This document shows positions 41,448-49,759 of a stretch of 64,000 nucleotides of DNA, one piece after another. The notes under the pieces were generated by a model. It saw nothing but the letters and a program-made list of their open reading frames with translations. It made no database searches and was not told the DNA's origin. A program made the position numbers and the translations under genes. Source of the stretch: Oscillospiraceae bacterium (GTDB taxonomy: Bacteria > Bacillota > Clostridia > Oscillospirales > Oscillospiraceae). The DNA lies in assembly GCA_045225715.1 (NCBI GenBank), contig JBGVBS010000015.1, positions 1,001 to 65,000 of the forward strand, written 5' to 3'. The stretch's first letter is position 1; the number at the start of each line of letters is the position of its first letter.

Positions 41448-42136
41448 TTATAGCCGTAGCCCCAAACGGTAAGGATGTGCTTTGGCTCCTGCGCGTCGTC
41501 CTCCAGCTTGATACGCAGGCGGCGCACATTGACATCCACGATCTTCGGCTCGCCGAAGTAGCCATGCCCCCACACCGTATCCAAAATTTCCTCACGGGAA
41601 AGCGCCTTATCGCGATTTTCCATGAACAGCTTAACGATAGCATATTCTACCTGCGTCAGCTTGACGCGCTCGCCGTTCTTCTCCAGCGTACGGTTCGTCT
41701 GATTGAGACAAAACGGCGGCTGAAGCAATTCTGCCGACTTTGGCTCCGGTGCGGCGGGCATATCGCCCATGCGGCGAAGCAGCGCATCCACCCGAGCGGT
41801 CAATTCCGCCGGAGAAAACGGTTTTGTCATATAGTCGTCCGCGCCGGTCATCAGCCCCGTCACCTTGTCCATCTCCTGCGAACGCGCGGAAAGCATAATG
41901 ATCCCGATGTGCGGGTCGGTCAGCCGGATCCGGCGGCAGACCTCAATGCCGTCGATGCCCGGCAGCATGATGTCCAGCAGCACCGCGCGCGTGTCCGGGT
42001 TTGCGGCAAGCTTTTCCAGCGCTTCCTCGCCCGTCTCCGCCTCAACCACCTCATAACCCGCGCGTTCCAGATTGATGACGATAAATCCCCGAATGCTGGA
42101 TTCGTCCTCCAGAACCAACACTTTTTTCATGCCCAC
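41432..42136 (-). CDS. OmpR-family response regulator
   Basis: Receiver domain (VLVLEDE ... D) plus a winged-helix C-terminus (TVWGYGYK). Confidence 0.93.
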   Translation of the reverse strand: MGMKKVLVLEDESSIRGFIVINLERAGYEVVEAETGEEALEKLAANPDTRAVLLDIMLPGIDGIEVCRRIRLTDPHIGIIMLSARSQEMDKVTGLMTGADDYMTKPFSPAELTARVDALLRRMGDMPAAPEPKSAELLQPPFCLNQTNRTLEKNGERVKLTQVEYAIVKLFMENRDKALSREEILDTVWGHGYFGEPKIVDVNVRRLRIKLEDDAQEPKHILTVWGYGYKWTVE

Positions 42137-42155
42137 ATCTCCAGTTTATGTAAAC

Positions 42156-43469
42156 TTAGTTTTCCCCTGTCGTCCATTCTGCCTGAATGAGGCTGAAGCT
42201 CTCTCGCAGCGTCTGCTCGTCGATCCAGTCGTCACCGCCGTTGTAAATGTCGGCCGCGTAGCTGACCTCCGCCTGACGCGCCAGCACGATACGCCCCGTC
42301 CGTGAGGCAAGCTGCGTCCGGTCTGCGCCAGTGAATGCATAGATCACCACGATTGGCTTTTCCTCCGCGCCATGCAATTCGGAAAACGTGACACTGCTGC
42401 CCTCCGTGCCGCTGGTGCGTCTGACCGTCACGCGGTCGTCCCAGCTGCTCGGCAGGATCAGGTTCCAGCCGCTCTGCGCCTCCTGATAGGTCTCGCGCAC
42501 AAGCGTTTCTTCCCCTTCGGCGCTATACTGCCGCCAGCAAATACGATAGTAGCTGTCGCCCTCCGGGTCGGTCTTTCGGAACGGCGCCGGTTCCGGCACT
42601 TCCGTGATCCCATCGGCATTGACGTCGCCCGGATAGACCTCCAAAAAACGGAATGTCCTGCCGATGTCCGCGCCGCGCTTAACGCTGTGCAGCACGCCAG
42701 CTCCCACCGTCAGGATGTCCGTGATGGCGCCGCCGTCCTGTGTGACGGAGGTAACAAACAGCGCGTTCTCCCCGCCGGACAACACGCCGTTGGTCAGGCG
42801 GCTGAGCTCTGCGACCGTACCGGACAGGCGGAAGGACGAACGAAGCGCCAATTCCGTCGCATTCCAAGCGTAATAGTCTGCGACAGCGAAGTTTTCCTCA
42901 TCGCTTCGCAGTACGATCAGGTCCTGTCTCCCATCGCCGTCCATATCGTGAGCGCTATAGCGGGAATAGCCCGCGAGCAAAAGCTGTTGCGGCGTTCCCG
43001 CCGCAAGCGACCAGACCGACAGGTTTTGCACATCCAGATCGCTGCGGATACCGGCGAGGATCTCCCGCCAGCCGTCCCCATCCAGATCGACATAGTTGAT
43101 GCTGTAAATCGAATGGGCCGTGCCCTCAATCACGCAGAACTGCTCATAACTGTCTCTGGTAGCACGGAACACATAGATCTTCATCGGGCGCTCGTCACCC
43201 GGGCGCCGGAAAAAAGCCACCGCTTCCTCCTCGCCGTCCCCGTCCAGATCGACCATCTGCACGCTTTGCAGGTTGCTACCCGAAGTAGGCGCGGCATACT
43301 CCGCTCCGCCGTCGATCAGCGCGTCAATCAGCGTCTCCAGCGATTCATACTCTGTCGGCAGCTTCGGAAGGCGGTACAAGCTGTCGTTGGCGGCCGCTCC
43401 GCAGCCAGGAAGCAGCAGCACAGCGGCAAACAGCGCACAAATAGCCCATTTTTTCACACTTTGCCGCAT
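42156..43469 (-). CDS. Lipoprotein with FG-GAP/VCBS-like DxDGDG repeats
   Basis: Start set at MRQSVKKWAICALFAAVLLLPGCG (lipobox LPGC). Repeated DLDGDG / DMDGDG / NADG calcium-loop motifs. Confidence 0.75.
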   Translation of the reverse strand: MRQSVKKWAICALFAAVLLLPGCGAAANDSLYRLPKLPTEYESLETLIDALIDGGAEYAAPTSGSNLQSVQMVDLDGDGEEEAVAFFRRPGDERPMKIYVFRATRDSYEQFCVIEGTAHSIYSINYVDLDGDGWREILAGIRSDLDVQNLSVWSLAAGTPQQLLLAGYSRYSAHDMDGDGRQDLIVLRSDEENFAVADYYAWNATELALRSSFRLSGTVAELSRLTNGVLSGGENALFVTSVTQDGGAITDILTVGAGVLHSVKRGADIGRTFRFLEVYPGDVNADGITEVPEPAPFRKTDPEGDSYYRICWRQYSAEGEETLVRETYQEAQSGWNLILPSSWDDRVTVRRTSGTEGSSVTFSELHGAEEKPIVVIYAFTGADRTQLASRTGRIVLARQAEVSYAADIYNGGDDWIDEQTLRESFSLIQAEWTTGEN

Positions 43470-43543
43470 ATGCGATCTCCTTTTGCATAGTAATACAAAT
43501 AATAGTATAACACAATTTCTGCCAATTGCAAAGAAAAATGCTC

Positions 43544-43572
43544 TTGCAAATGCAGCGGTTTTCCCGTATAAT
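43544..43572 (+). promoter_or_regulatory. Sigma-A type promoter immediately upstream of the truncated tRNA-Leu copy
   Basis: TTGCAA, 17 nt, TATAAT. The -10 ends 13 nt before the first base of the tRNA 5'-half fragment. Confidence 0.7.
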
Positions 43573-43585
43573 GATATTTGTATCT

Positions 43586-43624
43586 GCCGGTGTGATGGAA
43601 TTGGTAGACGTAGTGGACTCAAAA
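43586..43624 (+). pseudogene. Orphan 5' half of tRNA-Leu(CAA) (acceptor arm to anticodon loop)
   Basis: Matches positions 1-39 of the intact tRNA at 43794: 28 nt identical, then 2 mismatches in the anticodon stem. Similarity stops at the 3' side of the anticodon loop. Confidence 0.85.
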
Positions 43625-43793
43625 GCTGGTACGTTGAACAGCACGGCATTTTTCAAAAACCCTTGATTTTTGCGGCTTAGAGGTGTATCATTCTTTTCGG
43701 TTTTCCCCCCTCAATTCTCTCCTCGAATCCCCTTTTTTGTCCCTTTTAGGAGAGAATTTTTCGGGTAATTATTAGTTTTTTTAATCAATATTC

Positions 43794-43880
43794 GCCGGTG
43801 TGATGGAATTGGTAGACGTAGCGGATTCAAAATCCGCCGATGGCAACATCATGTGGGTTCGAGTCCCACCACCGGCACCA
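43794..43880 (+). tRNA. tRNA-Leu (anticodon CAA), class II with long variable arm, CCA encoded
   Basis: Acceptor stem GCCGGTG/CACCGGC, anticodon stem-loop GCGGA-TTCAAAA-TCCGC, T arm GTGGGTTCGAGTCCCAC, discriminator A and CCA. Confidence 0.95.
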
Positions 43881-43897
43881 TCGGGGAAACCCTTTAG

Positions 43898-43938
43898 GTA
43901 CGCGCTTTTCGGAGACAAGAAAGCGCGTACTTTCTTTT
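43898..43938 (+). terminator. Rho-independent terminator after tRNA-Leu
   Basis: GTACGCGCTT ... AAGCGCGTAC stem followed by TTTCTTTT. Confidence 0.7.
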
Positions 43939-43969
43939 GCCCGTTGCTGTTTTTGACGACCGTTCTCTC

Positions 43970-45163
43970 CTAAGTCCTTTGCGCTTCACTATCTTGACAG
44001 GCGTTAAGAGAGCTGCTGATGTCGATACTTCCCGCCATGGTCGCGCCCGTGTCTTCCTTCGTGGAGATATCAAGGTGAGCGTAGATGTTTGCCGTCGTGC
44101 TGTAATCACTGTGTCCAAGCCATTCCTGGATCTCCTTCATGGGAACGTGGTTTGCAAGCAGAAGGCTGGCGCAGCTGTGCCTGAGCTCATGGAAGGTGAT
44201 CTTGCGCAGATGGTTCTTCTCCAGCATGAGGGCATAATGCTGCGAAACGTAGTTGGGCTTGATCGGTTCGCCGATATCATTTATATAAATGTATCCACTC
44301 TCGTTCCAACAGTTTCCGCACAGCTTTTTGCATTCGTCCTGATGCGCCTTCATTTGGAGCAGAAGCTCTCTGTACTGCGGCACAAGCGGAAGCGAACGGC
44401 AGCTCGACTTGTTCTTCGCCCTGTCCTTTGCGATCACGACCGTCTTCCCGTCCACCCTTGTCTGAACGCGGGTATGCTCAATGGTGATCCTGTTGTTCTG
44501 GAAGTCGATCGAGCGCCAGCGCAGCCCCATGATCTCGCTGCGGCGCAGCCCGTAGAACGCCGCCATCAAAACCGGAAACTCAACGCCGTCCCCGTGGATC
44601 AGTTGAATAAGCGTTTTGATCTCTTCATCCGTATAAAACTGTGCCTGATGCGCTTCGGGTCTCGGCCGGTCAACCTTACTCATGGGATTTGTCAGGATCA
44701 TGTCCATGCGAACGGCATATTTGAGTGCCTTGCTGATGTTCGCATGATAATGGATGATCGTGTTGTTGCTGACCTTGCGGACATTTGAGCAGTAGGCGTA
44801 GAAGTCCTGAATGTGGATCGCCCGAAGTTCTCCGAGCGTAATGCCCCTTTCGCGGAAGTAAGGCGCAATGCACTTTTCTACATTCGTGCTGTACCCGTAG
44901 TAGGTATCCGCTTCCACATTCGGCTTGATCGCTCTAAGCCAGTAGGTCAAAAAATCCGCAAAAAGCATGTCCTGCTCGGGCGACATGACCGGCGAAAGAT
45001 ACTTCCGCCGCTCCTCCTGAAGCATTTTCTCCGCTTTTTTCTTGTTTCCTTTGACCGGAAGCCCTGTTGCTTTCCACGTTGTTTTCCGTCTGCCCTGTGG
45101 GTTCACAAGGCTAAGTACCATATAATAGTAGCCGTTTTTTTCTTGCAGATGGCCCGCTACCAT
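43970..45163 (-). CDS. int: Tyrosine-type site-specific integrase
   Basis: 397 aa. N-terminal SAM-like/arm-binding domain. Catalytic signature HELRHSCASLL ... GHSDYSTTANIYAH (R-H-R-Y family). Confidence 0.93.
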   Translation of the reverse strand: MVAGHLQEKNGYYYMVLSLVNPQGRRKTTWKATGLPVKGNKKKAEKMLQEERRKYLSPVMSPEQDMLFADFLTYWLRAIKPNVEADTYYGYSTNVEKCIAPYFRERGITLGELRAIHIQDFYAYCSNVRKVSNNTIIHYHANISKALKYAVRMDMILTNPMSKVDRPRPEAHQAQFYTDEEIKTLIQLIHGDGVEFPVLMAAFYGLRRSEIMGLRWRSIDFQNNRITIEHTRVQTRVDGKTVVIAKDRAKNKSSCRSLPLVPQYRELLLQMKAHQDECKKLCGNCWNESGYIYINDIGEPIKPNYVSQHYALMLEKNHLRKITFHELRHSCASLLLANHVPMKEIQEWLGHSDYSTTANIYAHLDISTKEDTGATMAGSIDISSSLNACQDSEAQRT

Positions 45164-45282
45164 AATTGTCCTCCCTTCAAATGCAGCGAGCGGTGTATTC
45201 CTGCCAATGACACTGTCATTTTAGCATAAATACGCCGCTCACTTCAATTCATCCGGCAAGTTTATTTTATCGGCAAAAGTAT

Positions 45283-45480
45283 TTATTTTGCCTTTCCGTG
45301 TTCCACAAACTCGATAATTCCCTTCTTGGGGATACGAAATCCCCGTCCGATCTTCAAGTAGCGAATCTCTCCGTCGTGCAGCAGTTGATAGGCGGTCTTC
45401 ATTCCTATGCCTCCCAGCATCTCGCATAGCTGGGTAATATCCACCACATCAGGGTAATTTGCAAACATTTTTTCCTTCAT
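45283..45480 (-). CDS. xis: Excisionase-type helix-turn-helix DNA-binding protein
   Basis: 65 aa. The motif ITQLCEMLGGIGMKTAYQLLHDGEIRYLKIGRGFRIPK is typical of the HTH_17/excisionase family. Directly upstream of int. Confidence 0.8.
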   Translation of the reverse strand: MKEKMFANYPDVVDITQLCEMLGGIGMKTAYQLLHDGEIRYLKIGRGFRIPKKGIIEFVEHGKAK

Positions 45481-45647
45481 TCTCGTGCTCCTTTGTAAAG
45501 TCAGAGATGCCCTCCGGCGTCGAAACGTCGGAAGGCATCTCTTTTTTCAGCAGTCTAATGATAGCACAGGGAGCCGCGTATTATCAAGACTGTTTTGCGG
45601 TGGATTATCATACTTTTTGCGCGTACCAAGCGCGTAAAAAGTACGTA

Positions 45648-47537
45648 CTACGCCTTCCTGGCCTCCGAGGCGTCCTCATACATCCCGCACAGCAGCTCGA
45701 CGCCCTTCTTGCGGCTTTTATCGTATGTACTGGCGGAGATTTTGAGCATTTCGCAGGTTTCCTCCCTGTTCTTGCCGCCGAAGTAGTGAAGGCGGATTAC
45801 CTTTCTTTGACGCGGCGGCAGCAGCGAAACATAGAAGTGCAGACGGTCAAGCTCCTGCTCCATATCCCACAGGCGCGCCGCGAGCTTGCCGGTCGTCTCC
45901 TCGGTAAGAGCTTCCGCCTTTTCCTGATAGTGCAGGGCGATATACGCCGTCTTGTTGGAAATATGCCCCGTGGCCGTGCCGATCCCGTCGCTGTGGGTAA
46001 AATTCATCGCGCCGATCACTTCATCCGGCGTAACGTTCGCCATGTGCTCCAGCTCATAGCGATAAACCGCCAGCTTCCGTACCTTGTCCGTGTATTCCTC
46101 TAAAAGCGCCAACACGCGTGCTTCAACCGTATCACTCATAAAGCCGTTCGGCGTCAGGACGTTGAAAATCATTTTGTTGGTGATGGTCTCGCGCACCTGC
46201 GTCGCCATGTGCTGGCCCCGCGCGCTGAATTTCTCCTCCGATTCCGTCCGCACGACCTTCACGATGCGCCCCTTGATGATGTGCGGGTGCTCGCATTCGA
46301 TCAGCCCGTTTATCATGCCGGAGCCGCCGATGAGTCCGATCTGCCCGATGGAGAGGGGAAGCAGGGGCCGCTTCACGCCGCCGTCCAGCTCGCTTCGCGC
46401 CATCATCTGGGCAAAGCTGCCGGAGCGCCGCAACTGCACCTCCAGCTCTTTCTCGTTGAAGTTCTCGCCGCGGAAGTCCTTGACCTCCAGCGGACGCCCG
46501 GGCAGGGCGTAGCGCCCTTCGTCGATCGCCGTGATGCTCGGTATCTGCTCTGGGGAGAACGCATAGCGTTCCAGCCACGCCGTTTCCAGCGATTCGCGCG
46601 CCCTGCGCTTTCTGACTCCGAACACCGCCACCTGCTTGAACTTCCGAAACTCCGCGTCGGTAAAGCGCCAGACGGAGAGATCGTCGAAGTTGTCCACAAG
46701 GATCTGGCAAATATCCTGCGTCAGCCGGTAGTACGGGATGACGTAGATCAGCAGCCCGCCGTAGACGAGCGCGGGGATGCTCTCGATCAGGAAGCGTTTT
46801 TCGTGCCGTGCGCGGCTGCCGCTCTGGTTGAGGACGGACAGGTACGGGGGATTGAGAAACAACAGATGGAACGACTCCCTGCTCACCGTACTGTAGAAGA
46901 AGCTGCCGAAGCCGACGCGGTGGAGCGTCCTTTGCGCCTCCTCCGCGCGGCCTTCGTCCAGCTCCACGCCGTAGGTATAGCAGTTGTTCCCGACCGCAAG
47001 CTGCTTGAGCGCCGCGCCGCAGCCGCAGCACGGATCGAGCAGGTTGGTCGTCACGCCCTCCGGGAAGAGGACGGCGCGCAGCATGAGCGCTATGTTGTCG
47101 GGATCGGTGGGGTAGAAGCCCATCTTGACATTGTTCATCAGCCGCCCGATCACATGGGCGTTTGTGGTGTCTCCCATCGGGAGGCGCTTTGCAAACGCGC
47201 ACACGGCGTCGTAGACGCTTTTGTAGTTCGTGCTCATAAGGTCGTAGGCGAGCATTCCGTCATGGAGCTGCCCCGCAATGGGCGCGAGAGCGTATTCCTC
47301 CGCTTCCAGCAGGAACAGACGCACATCGGCGAGATTGGCGACAAGGGCTTTTCTGGAGCGCATCAGCTCCGCGTAGGCGTCCCGCGCCGCGGTGCGGTCG
47401 GTGTCCTTCGCCTGCTCGACTCTTGCCCTCTGAATGACCATTGCCGTCATCAGCTGTGGGATGCTCACGCGCAGCTCCGCGAGGCGCTCCGCCGCGTAGT
47501 AGCGGTCGGTGGCCGCGCTCTCAGGCTGCGAGTTCAT
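45648..47537 (-). CDS. SAM-dependent DNA methyltransferase (NPPY; DUF6094-like by recollection) fused in frame to a sigma-70 region-4-like/ArpU-like HTH module
   Basis: Motif I LLDPCCGCGAAL and motif IV LFLNPPY in the N-terminal ~465 aa. The C-terminal 163 aa contain LPPRQRKVIRLHYFGG...TCEMLKISASTYDKSRKKG. There is no stop and no RBS before the internal ATG at 46139. Confidence 0.75.
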   Translation of the reverse strand: MNSQPESAATDRYYAAERLAELRVSIPQLMTAMVIQRARVEQAKDTDRTAARDAYAELMRSRKALVANLADVRLFLLEAEEYALAPIAGQLHDGMLAYDLMSTNYKSVYDAVCAFAKRLPMGDTTNAHVIGRLMNNVKMGFYPTDPDNIALMLRAVLFPEGVTTNLLDPCCGCGAALKQLAVGNNCYTYGVELDEGRAEEAQRTLHRVGFGSFFYSTVSRESFHLLFLNPPYLSVLNQSGSRARHEKRFLIESIPALVYGGLLIYVIPYYRLTQDICQILVDNFDDLSVWRFTDAEFRKFKQVAVFGVRKRRARESLETAWLERYAFSPEQIPSITAIDEGRYALPGRPLEVKDFRGENFNEKELEVQLRRSGSFAQMMARSELDGGVKRPLLPLSIGQIGLIGGSGMINGLIECEHPHIIKGRIVKVVRTESEEKFSARGQHMATQVRETITNKMIFNVLTPNGFMSDTVEARVLALLEEYTDKVRKLAVYRYELEHMANVTPDEVIGAMNFTHSDGIGTATGHISNKTAYIALHYQEKAEALTEETTGKLAARLWDMEQELDRLHFYVSLLPPRQRKVIRLHYFGGKNREETCEMLKISASTYDKSRKKGVELLCGMYEDASEARKA

Positions 47538-47967
47538 AGGGGGCTTCCTTCCGCAGCGCCAACAGACCGCCGAGCAGCTCGGTGTAGCTCATGCGGCTGA
47601 AATCGGCATAGCTGAGGAAGTGATTGCAGCCGCCCTTGTGATCCCGCGAGCTGCGGATGCTCCGATAGAGTACCGCGTAGCCGCCGTGGGTGAACTGCAA
47701 GAGGCAGACGTAAACGCCGCCTTCGCTCCACATACCGGTGAGACAGCACTCGCCGGAGGTCGCAATGCCCGCAGCGTTGCTGATAACGGTTGCGTTGTGA
47801 AGCCCCAGATCCTTCGCGAGCGCGCGGAGAAAAACTCTCCCGATGTGCAGGAACAGATTCTTGTCCCCGTTCGGGCCGCACTCCTTCTCGCCGTCGATAT
47901 TGCTGAGATCTTTCCCAAGAAGCTCACTGATACGGCGCATATTGGTTTCCTGTGATTTCATAGACAT
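47521..47967 (-). CDS. Hypothetical protein (~148 aa)
   Basis: ORF in the operon chain. GGAGGA RBS 6 nt before the ATG at 47967. Stop overlaps the methyltransferase start. No family recognised. Confidence 0.55.
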   Translation of the reverse strand: MSMKSQETNMRRISELLGKDLSNIDGEKECGPNGDKNLFLHIGRVFLRALAKDLGLHNATVISNAAGIATSGECCLTGMWSEGGVYVCLLQFTHGGYAVLYRSIRSSRDHKGGCNHFLSYADFSRMSYTELLGGLLALRKEAPYELAA

Positions 47968-47969
47968 AT

Positions 47970-48185
47970 TCATTCCTCCATGACAGCACGTTGTTTTTCT
48001 TCTATGCGTTGCTTTAGGTCTCGGATGCGGTCTTGCAGTTGAGAATAGCGCGTCGTGGACGGGGTTTTGTTGCGGCGCATACAGTAGCCCCACTCCATTC
48101 CCGTCCGGCGCATGACCTCCGCGTAATACTGCTCCTCCGCTTTTGCAAGCTGCTTTTTCAGCGTTTCGAGCGAATAATTCCGCAT
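47970..48185 (-). CDS. Small coiled-coil hypothetical protein (~71 aa)
   Basis: Helical, charged sequence. The ATG at 48185 is preferred over the GTG at 48194 on RBS spacing. Confidence 0.45.
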   Translation of the reverse strand: MRNYSLETLKKQLAKAEEQYYAEVMRRTGMEWGYCMRRNKTPSTTRYSQLQDRIRDLKQRIEEKQRAVMEE

Positions 48186-48212
48186 AATAGCCACCCTCGG
48201 AAGATCAAACGG

Positions 48213-48959
48213 TTACGCCGCCTGCTCGCCGCGGGCGCCCTCGAAATCAAAGACGGGGGCGTTATCCTCCGGCGTTCCGGGCAGCACGCGAAGCGTATAG
48301 CCCTGATCCCTCAGCAGGAGAAAGCTGCTGACGATGCGCTTGAGTTCCACGTCGCCTTCGTCCGCCGCAATGCCGTTTTCCTCCATGATCTCGCGCACCG
48401 TCTTGGCGACCTGCAAGCGGATGGCCTCCGTTTCCGCGGCGTCCGCGGCGCGATCCAGCGCCTCCTCCGCCTCTGCGACGTCCACCTGCTTCTGCTCTGG
48501 TTCCGGCTCTTCCGCCTTGCGCGGTTCCTTGAGGGAAAGCCACAGCGACGTGAGTGCGGAGAGGATCAGCGTCATCAGCAGACCGCGCTTCTTGGGACGC
48601 AGATTTACCACCTCGTCGGCATCCACTTCGTCCACCTCGCTGACCGCGACGGTCAGCTTGCCCGTCTTGACGTAGGCGGCGGAGAGGAACGTGGACACGG
48701 CCGCGCACTCGCTCGCGATCAGCTCCGGCGTCTGCGCCTGCTCAGCGATGAAACGCTTGCAGATGACCGAGCCGGACTCGACCTCACGGATGCGGATGTC
48801 ATTCGCGTGGATGCTCTGGGCGTCGATCATGCCGTCGCCTGCGATGGTCTTGGCGTGGACGCCGTAGGTAACCTTCAGGCAGCCCTTGACGATCAGACGC
48901 TCCGTTTCCAGAGACTCATAGCGAACGGTTTCGCCCTTGGGAATGTAGATGGTTTTCAT
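48213..48959 (-). CDS. Membrane-anchored protein with bactofilin-like beta-helical N-domain
   Basis: Start set at MKTIYIPKG. Repetitive beta-strand region (KGCLKVTYGVHAKTIAGDGMIDAQSIHANDIRI...), one TM helix (LLMTLILSALTSLWLSL), an acidic linker and a C-terminal domain. Confidence 0.55.
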   Translation of the reverse strand: MKTIYIPKGETVRYESLETERLIVKGCLKVTYGVHAKTIAGDGMIDAQSIHANDIRIREVESGSVICKRFIAEQAQTPELIASECAAVSTFLSAAYVKTGKLTVAVSEVDEVDADEVVNLRPKKRGLLMTLILSALTSLWLSLKEPRKAEEPEPEQKQVDVAEAEEALDRAADAAETEAIRLQVAKTVREIMEENGIAADEGDVELKRIVSSFLLLRDQGYTLRVLPGTPEDNAPVFDFEGARGEQAA

Positions 48960-48994
48960 GATGCGATTCTCCTTTTCCTTTTTTATCTCGCCGC

Positions 48995-49759
48995 TTATGC
49001 GGCTTTGTTTTTGGGCTTTTCGAGCGTCGTCTGCATACGGACGGTCTTCGTCGAAAAATCCGTCTGTTTGGCGGTACATTCCCCGTGCGTGAGGATGTTG
49101 TAGACCATATCCACCACGGCGGTCGCCGCCGTGATGTTGGCGGCCATGCTCTGGGGATCGGACTGCGACGCCTCGGCGCAGGAAAGCTCCGTGGGGAATT
49201 TGTCGTCCTTGTCACGCAGCAGGGCGGGGTAGACGCTCCCGACCGGCTTTTGCACGGTGCGCCCGCTTCTGCGGACGCCGCACACCACCTGCCCGGAAAA
49301 CTCCCCGTTGCCGCTGTCGATGTAGATCAGCTCCTTCGACTGCATAAACGCCTTATGGCAGACCTGACGAGACTTGTTGTTGTCCACTGCGCCGATCAGC
49401 ACGACCATTTCCTTGACCGTGTGGTATTCTTCCTCATTACGCTTCCAATCCAGCGGCCGGATCAGCTCCATGAGCGTATCCAGCGACTCGATGAAAGCCG
49501 GCACATACTCGGTCTCCATGCCGAACACGCGCGAATACCGCTCCGCAAGCACCTTTGCCTTGTTCAAGCCGAGATCGGCCTCCGAGAAATTCTGCCGCAC
49601 GAGGTTTTTCTGCTCCACGATGTCGCCGTCGCAGATGATAAACCGCGCCGGTCTCTCCAGCGAATAGAGCAGCCGGTAGATGTGCGGCGCGATGTGTCCG
49701 CCCGTGCCCCCGGCGCCGAGCATGACGAGCTTGACGGGGCGCTCCGTGTCAAACTTCAT
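48995..49759 (-). CDS. ThiF/E1-like adenylyltransferase (PRTRC-type ThiF-like)
   Basis: Rossmann motif VMLGAGGTGG, then ICDGDIVEQKNLVRQNF and GLNKAKV motifs of the E1/MoeB/ThiF fold; 254 aa, no E2 or rhodanese domain. Confidence 0.85.
   Translation of the reverse strand: MKFDTERPVKLVMLGAGGTGGHIAPHIYRLLYSLERPARFIICDGDIVEQKNLVRQNFSEADLGLNKAKVLAERYSRVFGMETEYVPAFIESLDTLMELIRPLDWKRNEEEYHTVKEMVVLIGAVDNNKSRQVCHKAFMQSKELIYIDSGNGEFSGQVVCGVRRSGRTVQKPVGSVYPALLRDKDDKFPTELSCAEASQSDPQSMAANITAATAVVDMVYNILTHGECTAKQTDFSTKTVRMQTTLEKPKNKAA

Noticed and set aside
43625-43793. Considered whether the AT-rich spacer between the tRNA fragment and the intact tRNA encodes a small protein or an IS remnant.
   Set aside because: There is no ORF with an RBS and no terminal inverted repeats typical of IS or MITE elements beyond one 10-bp inverted repeat. 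It is kept only as part of the tRNA-scar finding.
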